From positions 9,135 through 73,134 of IMG/VR virus record IMGVR_UViG_3300017752_000004: a stretch of 64,000 nt of DNA; one strand, given 5' to 3'. Every line of letters begins with the position of its first letter. Position 1 is the first letter of the stretch. This document shows positions 1-9,558 of the stretch, in pieces. The DNA comes from a virus. The position numbers were made by a program, and so were the translations under genes. Below the pieces are notes generated by a model. The model searched no databases, had not been told where the DNA came from, and saw only the letters and a list, made by a program, of their open reading frames with translations.

Positions 1-162
1 CAGCACGATATCCCAATATTTGTACACAGCCCCAGGCATCTTATTGGAAGATTGTATGGTGATATACTTATCAGGCAGACCTGGAAAAAAATGGTCAGTT
101 ATTTGTGGGCGGCCAATTTTAACCCCCAAATCTTTTGCGTAAACTTCAGCTATATGACTCAT
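1..162 (-). CDS. N-terminal part of a probable glycosyltransferase (GT9/heptosyltransferase-like); runs off the window edge
   Basis: Manual translation from ATG at 162: MSHIAEVYAKDLGVKIGRPQITDHFFPGLPDKYITIQSSNKMPGAVYKYWDIVL, open to base 1; overlaps the stop of the upstream gene; glycosyltransferase context. Confidence 0.45.
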   Translation of the reverse strand, partial: MSHIAEVYAKDLGVKIGRPQITDHFFPGLPDKYITIQSSNKMPGAVYKYWDIVL

Positions 163-559
163 ATGATTTTACCTCTTTGATTTCTGAATCCGAAAGCATG
201 TTTATTTCGCTCTTAAAAGAAAAACGCATGTCGTTGGCGTGATAAACGTCTCTGGCCAATCTAATAAACTCTGGGCCAAAATCTTTTTCACGTTCCATTT
301 TTCTTATACTATCTTCGATGATCCATAATGACCTATTAAGTTCAAAGAGGTCAGCTTTCAAACTGATAAGTTTGAGAGGGTCCAGATTTGCAAATTCTTC
401 ATTTTTTAATATAAGACGTTCGTAGAGTTCTTTTAATTGGTTATACTCAACTGTAATATTTTTGAGCTTTTTGGGATCGAAAATCATTTGCATTTTAATC
501 TCCAAAATAGTTAGTTTATCAATCAACTCTCCAACTGATATAGGTATTTTAATTTTCAT
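146..559 (-). CDS. DUF6165-like protein
   Basis: IPISVGELIDKLTILEIK ... LWIIED ... LARDVYHANDMR pattern; start moved to ATG 559, overlapping the upstream stop. Confidence 0.7.
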   Translation of the reverse strand: MKIKIPISVGELIDKLTILEIKMQMIFDPKKLKNITVEYNQLKELYERLILKNEEFANLDPLKLISLKADLFELNRSLWIIEDSIRKMEREKDFGPEFIRLARDVYHANDMRFSFKSEINMLSDSEIKEVKSYESYS

Positions 560-2237
560 GTAATTTAAATTGTGTTTTTGCTTTGCCGTTATGGTGGTAA
601 TTGATAAGAACCTGAGTTCCATAATGAGGCAAGAAAGCCATATCAAATAACCCTTTATATTCGCCCTTTCCTTCTAGAAAATGCAGGTTATCAATTTCTT
701 TTGTGTAGGGTAATACTTTATAAACTTTTGGGTGGTCCTCAATGTAGTCAAAGAATTGGTTTTTTGTGAAAACGTAAATGTCGTGATCGGGGTAGAGATC
801 TTTGAGGTTATCCATTAAAGAGTTCAACCATAGAACGTCACCAGCAGATCCAGGCATTACGACAGCTATTCGTTTTCCACTATCAAGAAGGTCTTCTAAA
901 TTTAAACCATTTTTTTCTCCACCAAAATCATAATCATAATCTATACTAGGCATAGCATCAAGGATTGATTCTAATTTTTTACCAACAGCGGTTGTTGAAT
1001 AATTCTCAACAGTCCACTCTCTGGCTTTTTTACCCATTTCACGAAGCTTGTTTTTGTCCATTTGCCAAACTTTTTTAAGTTGCTTTGCTATGCTTGATGG
1101 ATAGGTGGAGGCTTTAATAAATTGCGTACCTGGCTCTCTGTATTCTGACCAATCAAGAGCAAAGCTACCACATTCTCGGCTAGAGGAATCTTCGCCACAG
1201 GAATAGTTAGTGACAAGAGTAACTAGTTCGGTCATCTTAGCTTCAAAGATGGGTATTTCCATACCGCCACTAGTAAATGGGTGGCAATAAACATCCATTA
1301 GGTTGTAAATTTCATTAAGCTGAGATTCGTTGACTCCAGCTTTGACGTTGGTAGTGTTAAGAGATTTCTCGGTTCCGCAAAATCTGCATTTCTGTCCCTG
1401 CCCAACGAAAGATTTAACTTCATACCGACCACAAGCAGAACAAAAATAAGTAGTAAGGATATCATTTGGGTTAATATCTTTTTCTTTTATAAGTCTAGGG
1501 ATATCCCAACCTTCTGACCAGTGAGTATGCAGAAGGAGTTTTGCTTTAGGGCAATCTTTTTTAAATATTTTAAAACCCTCCAGCAAATTGGGTACGCTTT
1601 TTCTAAGTTGATTTCTAAATACAAAGCCAATAATAAATTCATCAGACAATTTGAATTTATTCCTAAGTTCTTTGCGATACACTTCGCTGTGTCTATAAAA
1701 ATCCTCAGTGTTTACAGTGCCGTGTAAAGTGTCAACGTGATCGTGACCCATTTCTTTTAAGTCTTTCTCTGCGAAGGAAGACCATGTATAAAAGTTTTTT
1801 GTTTTACTCGCCGCTTCAATAGCTTGTGGCAATATGGGTTGGCTATCTAAGGTAGTCCAGATCATATTATTGATCTTATTCCACCAAGGCTTTTCCCAGA
1901 ACTTACCAAAAGCCCAAATATCTTCTACGCCTAAATAGATGTCTGGTTTGTATTGCTTTATAGCTTGGTCTATTGTCCCTCCGCCATAGCCAGCTTCGCG
2001 AGCCTTTTGGGGGTCTGCATTAAGCTGACGTAACGCTGCTTGGTTATTGGTAAGAGAACCTTGCGCTTGCCACGGCCTTGTTTTTAAAGATGGATCATCC
2101 CACTGAGTACCATTAGCAAATTCAATCAGCTCATACTTTTTTGTTGAATAAAGGTGGCGGAGTATATTCTTTGCGTTTTTGCCAAATCCTGTAAACGCTT
2201 TAGCTCCATTTGAGTGGAATAATACCTTCTTTTTCAT
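549..2237 (-). CDS. GT-B glycosyltransferase (GT4-like) with Zn-ribbon insertion and C-terminal GT9-like segment
   Basis: TGFG N-terminal motif, RNQLRK, LNEIYNLMDVYCHPFTSGGMEIPIFEA; CSAC...CRFC insert; C-terminal GSAGDVLW. Confidence 0.8.
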   Translation of the reverse strand: MKKKVLFHSNGAKAFTGFGKNAKNILRHLYSTKKYELIEFANGTQWDDPSLKTRPWQAQGSLTNNQAALRQLNADPQKAREAGYGGGTIDQAIKQYKPDIYLGVEDIWAFGKFWEKPWWNKINNMIWTTLDSQPILPQAIEAASKTKNFYTWSSFAEKDLKEMGHDHVDTLHGTVNTEDFYRHSEVYRKELRNKFKLSDEFIIGFVFRNQLRKSVPNLLEGFKIFKKDCPKAKLLLHTHWSEGWDIPRLIKEKDINPNDILTTYFCSACGRYEVKSFVGQGQKCRFCGTEKSLNTTNVKAGVNESQLNEIYNLMDVYCHPFTSGGMEIPIFEAKMTELVTLVTNYSCGEDSSSRECGSFALDWSEYREPGTQFIKASTYPSSIAKQLKKVWQMDKNKLREMGKKAREWTVENYSTTAVGKKLESILDAMPSIDYDYDFGGEKNGLNLEDLLDSGKRIAVVMPGSAGDVLWLNSLMDNLKDLYPDHDIYVFTKNQFFDYIEDHPKVYKVLPYTKEIDNLHFLEGKGEYKGLFDMAFLPHYGTQVLINYHHNGKAKTQFKLHEN

Positions 2238-2698
2238 TAATAGTTAAAATATTTAAACAGGAATAGGTCAAATAAACCTTTAAGTGTTCTAGCTTCACCA
2301 AGTTCCATTCCCATGCCGAATTTTAATGTAGAATTTTTTACGACGCTCAATGAGAAAGCTTTCTTGCCATCCTTCTTTGTGTAAGGTTTAAATGAAATTA
2401 TAGTCTTATCATCGTTGTAACTATGGAAGGCAGAAAATTCACCATAGTTTTCGATAGCGTTTAGCATGCCGCCAACTTCATTCTCGCTTAGTTTAAAATA
2501 AATATTTTTCTCTGGGTCTTTAGCATTAGCACTAAATGATCCATTTTTAGTTTTATCGTTCCACGACGCTTGCTTGATAGATTGCACAAGTAGACTCGGT
2601 TTCATTTTATTACCCTCTTTATCTTGCTCTAAGATTTTAAAAGAGAAGGCGCATCCTGTATTAAAGGAGTTCGGTTTGTAAATATCGTGCTGTTTCAT
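2237..2698 (-). CDS. Whirly/PC4-like ssDNA-binding protein
   Basis: Colinear motifs HDIYK, YFKLSENEVG, FSAFH, DGKKAFSLSV, GEARTL resemble the Whirly domain (by recall). Confidence 0.55.
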   Translation of the reverse strand: MKQHDIYKPNSFNTGCAFSFKILEQDKEGNKMKPSLLVQSIKQASWNDKTKNGSFSANAKDPEKNIYFKLSENEVGGMLNAIENYGEFSAFHSYNDDKTIISFKPYTKKDGKKAFSLSVVKNSTLKFGMGMELGEARTLKGLFDLFLFKYFNY

Positions 2699-2750
2699 TT
2701 GCACTATTATATAGCTAACTACAGCAAATTCTATAAACTTAACTACATAA

Positions 2751-3893
2751 TTACATGTTTTTAATAATTTCCAACTGCTCTATATCGTAAGTTTCGACAG
2801 TAGGCATTACAGTAAAGAATAGTTTATCAAAAGACTTAATATATTCTGGGAAAACCTCTTCGACGACTGGTTTTAAATTTAAGTACGTATTCATGTATTT
2901 GATTAAATACTCTGATTTGTAGTAAGCCCCATAAACTATAAAATGAAATAAAATTTTATGCAATAAATCTTGAAACAATAAAAGCATATTAAGCTCTCTC
3001 TTTTCTCGAAAGTTATGTAGGAATTCATCAAGGGTTATATCTCCCAATATTCTAGACGAGTTGTAGTATTTTTGCAAAAACTCCTTTACGGTTTTCTCGT
3101 TATGGTACAAGTACAGGTCGGTCACCGTCTTCAAGAGGCTGTAATACAAATCACAACTATGGCAGTTCTCAAAATTAATCAACTTTATATGGCCCTTTAA
3201 ATATAAGACATTAGAGTTTTTTATATTTCCATGAGATAGCACAAGTATATCTTCTTTATATTTTGGTAGGTATTCTTTTTTGATTTTTAAAAAGATTTTT
3301 TGGAGATCTTGTGTATTTAAATTGACCAACTTTTCAAAAATAAGTATTTCTTTTGGGTCTACCATCTCGAATAAGGATGAGATGGATTCGTTTTGAAGAA
3401 ATTTGCTTTTAAAGCTCGCGGCATCTTCGTTTTTGCTTTCATGAACGCCGTCCATGACAGAACAAAGAGTGCCTAAATTATATATCAAATCATCAATTCC
3501 AAAATCTTCAAAATTATCTCCATTTTCCCATGTTGTTAGCAAAAATTCAATACCGTCTTTCTCGTCGCTCTTGTGAGCTATGATGCTAGGGCTTATATTA
3601 TTGGGGATGTGTTGTAGGGCGTTTTTTTCTGCAGATAGTTTTTGGTTCTCTGGGTCTAGGCTAATTTTTAGTAAAAACTTATTATTATCAATAACTAAAC
3701 CGTAGCTCTCATAGAAAAAATTAGAAGACACTTTTGAAACCTCGATTTCCGCCACTTTATTCTTGTAAACTTCATTGATGAACTTTTTAATTAAATCTTT
3801 TTCAAATCTCGAAGCTTCTATAGAATTTTCATTTGGATTAGTATCTACAACTGAATAATTATTCAATTTAACCTGTTTGCTTGCTATTGCCAT
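2751..3893 (-). CDS. APH/choline-kinase-fold protein with degenerate catalytic motifs
   Basis: FLLKIS, SHGNIKNSNV (canonical HGDxxxxN), LINFE (canonical IDFE); start at ATG 3893 downstream of GTGTATAA. Confidence 0.65.
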   Translation of the reverse strand: MAIASKQVKLNNYSVVDTNPNENSIEASRFEKDLIKKFINEVYKNKVAEIEVSKVSSNFFYESYGLVIDNNKFLLKISLDPENQKLSAEKNALQHIPNNISPSIIAHKSDEKDGIEFLLTTWENGDNFEDFGIDDLIYNLGTLCSVMDGVHESKNEDAASFKSKFLQNESISSLFEMVDPKEILIFEKLVNLNTQDLQKIFLKIKKEYLPKYKEDILVLSHGNIKNSNVLYLKGHIKLINFENCHSCDLYYSLLKTVTDLYLYHNEKTVKEFLQKYYNSSRILGDITLDEFLHNFREKRELNMLLLFQDLLHKILFHFIVYGAYYKSEYLIKYMNTYLNLKPVVEEVFPEYIKSFDKLFFTVMPTVETYDIEQLEIIKNM

Positions 3894-3908
3894 GACAATA
3901 TTATACAC

Positions 3909-3938
3909 AAAAAAGGCGGTATTTCTACCGCCTTTTGT
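3909..3938. terminator. Intrinsic terminator hairpin
   Basis: AAAAGGCGGT-ATTTCT-ACCGCCTTTT, perfect stem with A/T tracts on both sides. Confidence 0.75.
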
Positions 3939-3939
3939 T

Positions 3940-4158
3940 TTAGATCTGAGTCTTCCCCATTGAGAGCTTTTTGAGGCTCGTCTTAGCGAATTTTCGCATT
4001 ACACTTGCGTTTCGATCTCGAACCACCACATACTTAGGGGTCTCGCGCACAAATTGCGCGTTAAGTGTTTCGCCTTGCCGAGTGGTGAGGCCAAAAAAAC
4101 GGCCCTTACTTTCGCTGATTGCTTTTACGATACGGTTTATCTTATTCATTTTGTTCAT
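3940..4158 (-). CDS. Small basic hypothetical protein
   Basis: 72-aa ORF in operon orientation, followed by a terminator. Confidence 0.6.
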   Translation of the reverse strand: MNKMNKINRIVKAISESKGRFFGLTTRQGETLNAQFVRETPKYVVVRDRNASVMRKFAKTSLKKLSMGKTQI

Positions 4159-4166
4159 TTTATTTA

Positions 4167-5663
4167 TTAAAATCCTATTCTTCCAGAAGAAGATATATTT
4201 TTATTCTGTTTGATGCTCTCTTTTGGAGCATTTAGTTTGCTCGCAAATATATCGTATACTGTCTCCATGTCAACATTAAAAACTTTATTTTCTAAACTTT
4301 TTCCCCATTTTTGTATGATCTTAGAATACTTCTTTTCTAATTTGTCGTACGCAGGAGTTTGTTGAAAATCTTGATCAGATAATTTTGCCTCCATATCTTT
4401 TGCTTTTTGAGGCCGCACGATGTTTATTTTTTTTGTTTTTGCTCCCGATTCATCTAAGATATCAAAAGCTTTGTCTGGAAATTTTTTATCGCTTAAATAA
4501 ATATCACAGAGTTCTACAATTTTTTCTACTAATTCGTCCGTATACCCTACTTGGTGAAATTTTTCATAAGACTTCTTTGCTGTTTTTAACAATTGAAAAG
4601 TTTCTTCCTTGGTTGGTTCGCAGACGTCTATCTTTTCAAACCTGCGATTTAAAGCTGAATCTTTTTTGAAAAAGCGATCATATTCATCTTTCGTAGTAGC
4701 GCCAACACAAGATATGTTTCCTCTTGATAAGGCTGGCTTCAGTATATTAGCAAGATCCAAACTACCCTCCGAGCTGCCAGCTCCAACTATAGTATGAATT
4801 TCGTCGATAAACAAAATATAGTGATCTTCTTTCGATAAGCAGTCTAGAATCTTTTTTAATTTTTCTTCCATCTGCCCTCTGTAAATAGTTCCAGCTAAAA
4901 CAGAAGTAAGATCTAAGCATAGAATTTGTTTATGGAGCAAAAGGTCTGGGCATTCTCTTTTTATAATTTTTTCTGCCATACCTTCTACGATAGCGGTTTT
5001 TCCTACACCCGCTTCGCCGACCAGAATGACATTGCTTTTGTTTCTGCGGAGCAGTACTTCAAAAATCCTTTCAATCTCTTCATCTCTGCCAAAAATTTCA
5101 AATTCATTTTTTTCAGTTATTTTTTTATTCAGATTTTCGCACCACTCATCCATTTCAGATGAAGGAGCTTCTTGTTGTTTCCCATTTGAACCAATAGTCG
5201 ATGGAACCTTTTCTCTAGGAATACCTTCTTTTATAATTTCTTTTAAATCGTCAACAAGCTTGGATAAGTCTACATCTAAATGAATCAAAAATTCAGCAAT
5301 TTCTACTCTGGTGCTGAGTATGGAAACCAAGATGTGATCTATACCAATAAACTCGTCTTTGAATCTGGAGGCTAATTTTTGTGAGTTCTCCAAGATTTCA
5401 TATATCTCTGGAGCAAGTATGGCTTTTTTTCTTTTTGGCTCTTTATATGACGTAATTGCGTGTTCGATGCCCTCAGCAACGCCATCTTTAATTAAGCCAT
5501 TAGAGGAAAAAGCAAAGTCGATACTGCTGTGTGTTAATCTCAGTATAGACAGAGTTAGATGCAAGTCTATAACCTTCAGGTGGCTAAAGTCTTTGGCAAT
5601 AGTAGCTGAATCGCTAATTGCTTTTTTTGCAGAAGGAGTTAGGTTAAAGTTAGATAAGTCCAT
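4167..5663 (-). CDS. ClpA/ClpC-like ATPase: Clp N-domain plus one AAA+ module, ending in IGF
   Basis: Clp N repeats (IGIDHIL), GRDEE, Walker A GEAGVGKT, Walker B LFIDEIH, GATT, DSALNRRF, FPDKAFDILDE; no second AAA module. Confidence 0.9.
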   Translation of the reverse strand: MDLSNFNLTPSAKKAISDSATIAKDFSHLKVIDLHLTLSILRLTHSSIDFAFSSNGLIKDGVAEGIEHAITSYKEPKRKKAILAPEIYEILENSQKLASRFKDEFIGIDHILVSILSTRVEIAEFLIHLDVDLSKLVDDLKEIIKEGIPREKVPSTIGSNGKQQEAPSSEMDEWCENLNKKITEKNEFEIFGRDEEIERIFEVLLRRNKSNVILVGEAGVGKTAIVEGMAEKIIKRECPDLLLHKQILCLDLTSVLAGTIYRGQMEEKLKKILDCLSKEDHYILFIDEIHTIVGAGSSEGSLDLANILKPALSRGNISCVGATTKDEYDRFFKKDSALNRRFEKIDVCEPTKEETFQLLKTAKKSYEKFHQVGYTDELVEKIVELCDIYLSDKKFPDKAFDILDESGAKTKKINIVRPQKAKDMEAKLSDQDFQQTPAYDKLEKKYSKIIQKWGKSLENKVFNVDMETVYDIFASKLNAPKESIKQNKNISSSGRIGF

Positions 5664-8233
5664 TATTTAATTTCAGATAGTTTTGTGTAGATTTTTTCGT
5701 CAAGAATAGAAATTCTCTCTCCGAAAATGACATCGTCGCCTTTGCTTCCATAGATAAAAACAATTTGATCTTCTTTTGGTTTTTTGCCTCCATTATTTAG
5801 ATAATTATCTAGTGTGGAGGCTCGCCTGTTATTCATAAGCATGAAATTAATTTTACCGAAGTCATCTTGCACTTCTACTCTCATATACTTATTTCCCGCT
5901 GCGCTTGTTCTAGAAATACAGTCAGTGACCACGCCGACAAGCTTTACTCTGTCATTATTGTTTATTGATTTTAATTCAAGACTATTGTTTAAGTCCTCAG
6001 ATTCCTTGAAGACATCTTTGATTTGAGTGGAGTGGCTGTAGCCGAGATACTTGCGTTCAAAAAACCAGTTCGCAAACTTGAGGTGATCTTTGTTTTTGTC
6101 GTAAATTTTTCTGTAAGAAGAGTATTTTCTTTTGAATGTTTCAAAACGGGATGGCTTCATTATTGGTTTAGAGTCGTCGGCAACCAAGCTGTCTTTGACA
6201 ATAGAATGAATAGCTTTCAAGACGTCGTGATCGAACTTTTCGCCAAGCTGTATTATATTGCGCTTCTCTCTTTCAGTTAGGATATTAAAAGATTGAGCTT
6301 CCAATACCAAGCGGCAACGGTTTGGTATGGCTTGATTATCATCGCAAAAGGAATCCATCATGCCTCCTTGAATCAATCCAGACAGAACTCCGATATTAAC
6401 TCCAGCTTGCTTTGCTGTTAGAAAGATGTCGTATTTGTTTTGATTCGTTTCTTGAGCTTTTCTAAACTCAACTAAGCTTTCTAGTGTTTTCTCAGACACC
6501 CCCTTGATACTGTTAACGCCGAATCTGATGTTTCGACCTTCTTTCTCAAAATACACATCAGATTTAGATAGGTCGGGCGGTAGCAACTTCATATTAAATA
6601 GGCAAAATTCTTGGTTGATTAACGCTATTTCTGCATGAGAGTCTGGCTCATGCTTTGTCATCTTTAATAAACTCAAGAAGAACTCTTGTGGGTATTTGAA
6701 CTTTAGATAAGTTGTTATTGCAGCTAAGATAGCATAACTAATTGAGTGCGATTTATTAAACGAATAGTTGGCTGAGTCTTCTGCCACTTTCCATAAAACA
6801 TCTCCAACTTGGCCGTCTAGGCCGTTTTCTTTGATCTTGTCCTCAATTTTAATCTTCCAAGCAGCCATCTGGTCAACTTTCTTCTTACCCACAATACGTC
6901 TCAGTTGCTCTGATTCGTCTAAAGTGAAGCCTACCTTAACAGCCATTTTCATCAACTGCTCTTGGTATAGTGGGATGCCACCAGTGTAAGATAGAATGTC
7001 GTCAAAATATTCATTAACAGACTGGAACTCGCCAGTGCTGGTATAATCTCCATACACATCAAGATAGTCAAGTGCGCCAGGGCGAGCAATAGCAACAACG
7101 GCTGAAAGCTCCTCCAAATTCCTTGGAGATATTTTTTTGCATACCTTAAAATTTGTGTCTGCTTCAATTTGAAACAACCCTTTCGGGGCTTCAATATTTT
7201 TAAAGTTTTCATAAATTTCTGGTAGTTCCACGTCTACGTCTTCCATGTTAATACCTAATTGCTTGCAGGTTTCATGCACGACCGAAAGAGTACGTAATCC
7301 AAGGATATCGAACTTAACCATCAGAGATGCGACATCGTTCATGTCATAAGCTGATATAAGATCGCCATCACTTGTCCTCTGCATTGGCATAATTTCTTCA
7401 ATATTATAGAAGCTAATAGCGATGCCTGATGGGTGGACTCCTGTGTTTTTATTTAATCCTTCTAGCTTTTTGGCTATTTTGAATACTTTTGGATTTTTAT
7501 CTGCAAATTCTTTAAATTTTTCACTCTCTTCGTAAGCCTTATCTAACTTAGCTACCTTGCCGAATTGTTTTGGAATATGAGTTCCAATACTATTTACATC
7601 GTCTTCCGACAACTCTCCGACAATTTTACCACACTCTTTTATGCACAGCTTGCTGCTCAAAGTATTCAAGGTGAGAATTTTGCAAGTTCTACCTTCGTGC
7701 TTTTTCTCAATATACTTGATGACCTCCTTTCTTCGGTCATAAGAAATATCATTATCGACATCAGCCAGAAGCGATCCGTCGAGATATGTAATACCATCAG
7801 ATACTATTTGTTTGGCTCGGCTCTTGGATACAAATCGCTCAAAAAACAAATCGTACTTAATTGGATCAACATTTGTAACGCGAAGAAGATACAAGACCAG
7901 TGAGCCAGCAGCGGAGCCGCGACCTGGGCCTGTAGGTATGCCATTTTCATGGCAATAATTAAGAACGTCCCAGTTGAGCAGTATATACTCAACAAAACCA
8001 AGCTCTTTTAATACAGCAAGCTCCATCTTCACTCTATCGTAATACTTTTGCTTATTATCTAAAGAGCTAATCCCTCTATCTTTCACGCCTTTTAAGCAAA
8101 GCTCTCTTAGGAGATCAAAATTAGATGCGCTAGTAGGTATACCTAGTTCTTTGTAGAATTTCTCATCTACTTCGATTTCGGGCAGTCTCACCCCTACTGG
8201 CATAGGCTGGTTGTATTGCTTTAATTCTAACAT
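5663..8233 (-). CDS. dnaE: DNA polymerase III alpha, catalytic core without the PHP domain
   Basis: GPGRGSAAGSL, FERF, ADVDND, HPSG, KFDILGLRTL, YQEQ, YSFNKSHS, C-terminal OB fold. Confidence 0.95.
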   Translation of the reverse strand: MLELKQYNQPMPVGVRLPEIEVDEKFYKELGIPTSASNFDLLRELCLKGVKDRGISSLDNKQKYYDRVKMELAVLKELGFVEYILLNWDVLNYCHENGIPTGPGRGSAAGSLVLYLLRVTNVDPIKYDLFFERFVSKSRAKQIVSDGITYLDGSLLADVDNDISYDRRKEVIKYIEKKHEGRTCKILTLNTLSSKLCIKECGKIVGELSEDDVNSIGTHIPKQFGKVAKLDKAYEESEKFKEFADKNPKVFKIAKKLEGLNKNTGVHPSGIAISFYNIEEIMPMQRTSDGDLISAYDMNDVASLMVKFDILGLRTLSVVHETCKQLGINMEDVDVELPEIYENFKNIEAPKGLFQIEADTNFKVCKKISPRNLEELSAVVAIARPGALDYLDVYGDYTSTGEFQSVNEYFDDILSYTGGIPLYQEQLMKMAVKVGFTLDESEQLRRIVGKKKVDQMAAWKIKIEDKIKENGLDGQVGDVLWKVAEDSANYSFNKSHSISYAILAAITTYLKFKYPQEFFLSLLKMTKHEPDSHAEIALINQEFCLFNMKLLPPDLSKSDVYFEKEGRNIRFGVNSIKGVSEKTLESLVEFRKAQETNQNKYDIFLTAKQAGVNIGVLSGLIQGGMMDSFCDDNQAIPNRCRLVLEAQSFNILTEREKRNIIQLGEKFDHDVLKAIHSIVKDSLVADDSKPIMKPSRFETFKRKYSSYRKIYDKNKDHLKFANWFFERKYLGYSHSTQIKDVFKESEDLNNSLELKSINNNDRVKLVGVVTDCISRTSAAGNKYMRVEVQDDFGKINFMLMNNRRASTLDNYLNNGGKKPKEDQIVFIYGSKGDDVIFGERISILDEKIYTKLSEIK

Positions 8234-8239
8234 ATACCT

Positions 8240-8268
8240 TTATTATAGGCATACTCTTTAAAATTGCA
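8240..8268 (-). promoter_or_regulatory. sigma70-type promoter of dnaE
   Basis: TTGCAA-N17-TATAAT on the minus strand just upstream of the ATG. Confidence 0.5.
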
Positions 8269-8270
8269 AG

Positions 8271-8909
8271 CTAAAAGTACTTATTAAATGGAACAAAGAT
8301 ATTCAAAAGAATTCTAATAATTTTTTTAAATTTTGGATGCTTCGCAATCACTTTAGTACAAAAAGACGTAACTGGGTACGCATAATACTTAATATAACTT
8401 ATAAAAAAGATACTACACATTAGTTTATCGCGGATTTTTGCGGTTCGATCAAACTTATCTTTTGTGGCTTTGGTTTGTTTTTTTCTTGCCTTATTGTTTA
8501 TTGACTTTGCAGAGATGCAGCAAACTTTTTGCAAAACACCGTCGAAAAAAAACAATTCAAATACGACACTCCAGTCTTTATCAATAACATCTATGCCTGT
8601 GCGTGGGCTAATTGTGATTGACCCTTGGAAATCTTCATCCATCCAATATTCGCCTTTTTTATTGATTGACATTTTTTGAGAAACCTCATCATTTCCCAGA
8701 TATTCGTACTGTTCAAAATGCTGCGATTTGAGGTTTCCCCCTAGAGAAACTAGGTAATTTGACAATGACCCATCTAAACTATCCGTTTTAAAGGAATTTA
8801 GACGCTTGATTATAGAAACGACCTCTTTTGGTAGGTTTATTTTACCCCACTCAACGGTTTGGATGAATTTTTCTATACTCTCAAATGAAACAATATCGGG
8901 TCTTCTCAT
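8271..8909 (-). CDS. Hypothetical protein
   Basis: 212-aa ORF with GTGTAA 8 nt before the ATG; no recognised motif. Confidence 0.6.
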   Translation of the reverse strand: MRRPDIVSFESIEKFIQTVEWGKINLPKEVVSIIKRLNSFKTDSLDGSLSNYLVSLGGNLKSQHFEQYEYLGNDEVSQKMSINKKGEYWMDEDFQGSITISPRTGIDVIDKDWSVVFELFFFDGVLQKVCCISAKSINNKARKKQTKATKDKFDRTAKIRDKLMCSIFFISYIKYYAYPVTSFCTKVIAKHPKFKKIIRILLNIFVPFNKYF

Positions 8910-8925
8910 AAGAAGTATTACACCG

Positions 8926-9558
8926 TTATATATCTAATTCCCAGATCTGTTTTTGAAAAATTTCAAAATTCTTTTCGATATCGTACAAAGCATCGTGCAG
9001 TTGGTTTTCATCGAAAGGAATATCGTAATGCTGCAACAAGAACTTCTGATTAGTCTTTAATTTCCTTTCTCTATAATTTAGGTATCTTAGCTGCCAAGTT
9101 AGAAACTCGTCCTTGTCGGGCGTCTTATTGCCCTTGGCGATAGCCGTGGCGATAGCCTTCGTATCGAAACACCTACTAGCGAAAGAGTAATCCATTTTTA
9201 GATTCAGGTTCCGAGCAATCACGCCCAGCATATACAAATCATATCCCAAAATATTTTGGCCGACGACAATAACGTCATCTTGGTTAATCAACTCAATAAA
9301 CTCTTTGAATACAGAAGCTGGATCTTCAGCTTTGGACTCGTAGTCTCGTCTGTCGAATCCTGTGATTCTAGCCGCACCTTCTGAAACGTTTAAATCATTC
9401 CATTTTAGAAATCTATTGTGTTTCTTTGTTATTTTTTTGCCAGTAGCTTCGACATAAGCTAACTGCCAAGGTTTTGACGACACAAGGTTTAAGCCTTCGG
9501 TTTCTGTGTCGAAAATAACATATTTTTGATCGAATTTAAATCTAAGTAATTCTTCCAT
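8926..9558 (-). CDS. DEDDh 3'-5' exonuclease (DnaQ/epsilon-like)
   Basis: FDTETEG, GQNILGYD, FDT, HDALYD; TAATG overlap with the PHP gene places the start at 9558. Confidence 0.9.
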   Translation of the reverse strand: MEELLRFKFDQKYVIFDTETEGLNLVSSKPWQLAYVEATGKKITKKHNRFLKWNDLNVSEGAARITGFDRRDYESKAEDPASVFKEFIELINQDDVIVVGQNILGYDLYMLGVIARNLNLKMDYSFASRCFDTKAIATAIAKGNKTPDKDEFLTWQLRYLNYRERKLKTNQKFLLQHYDIPFDENQLHDALYDIEKNFEIFQKQIWELDI

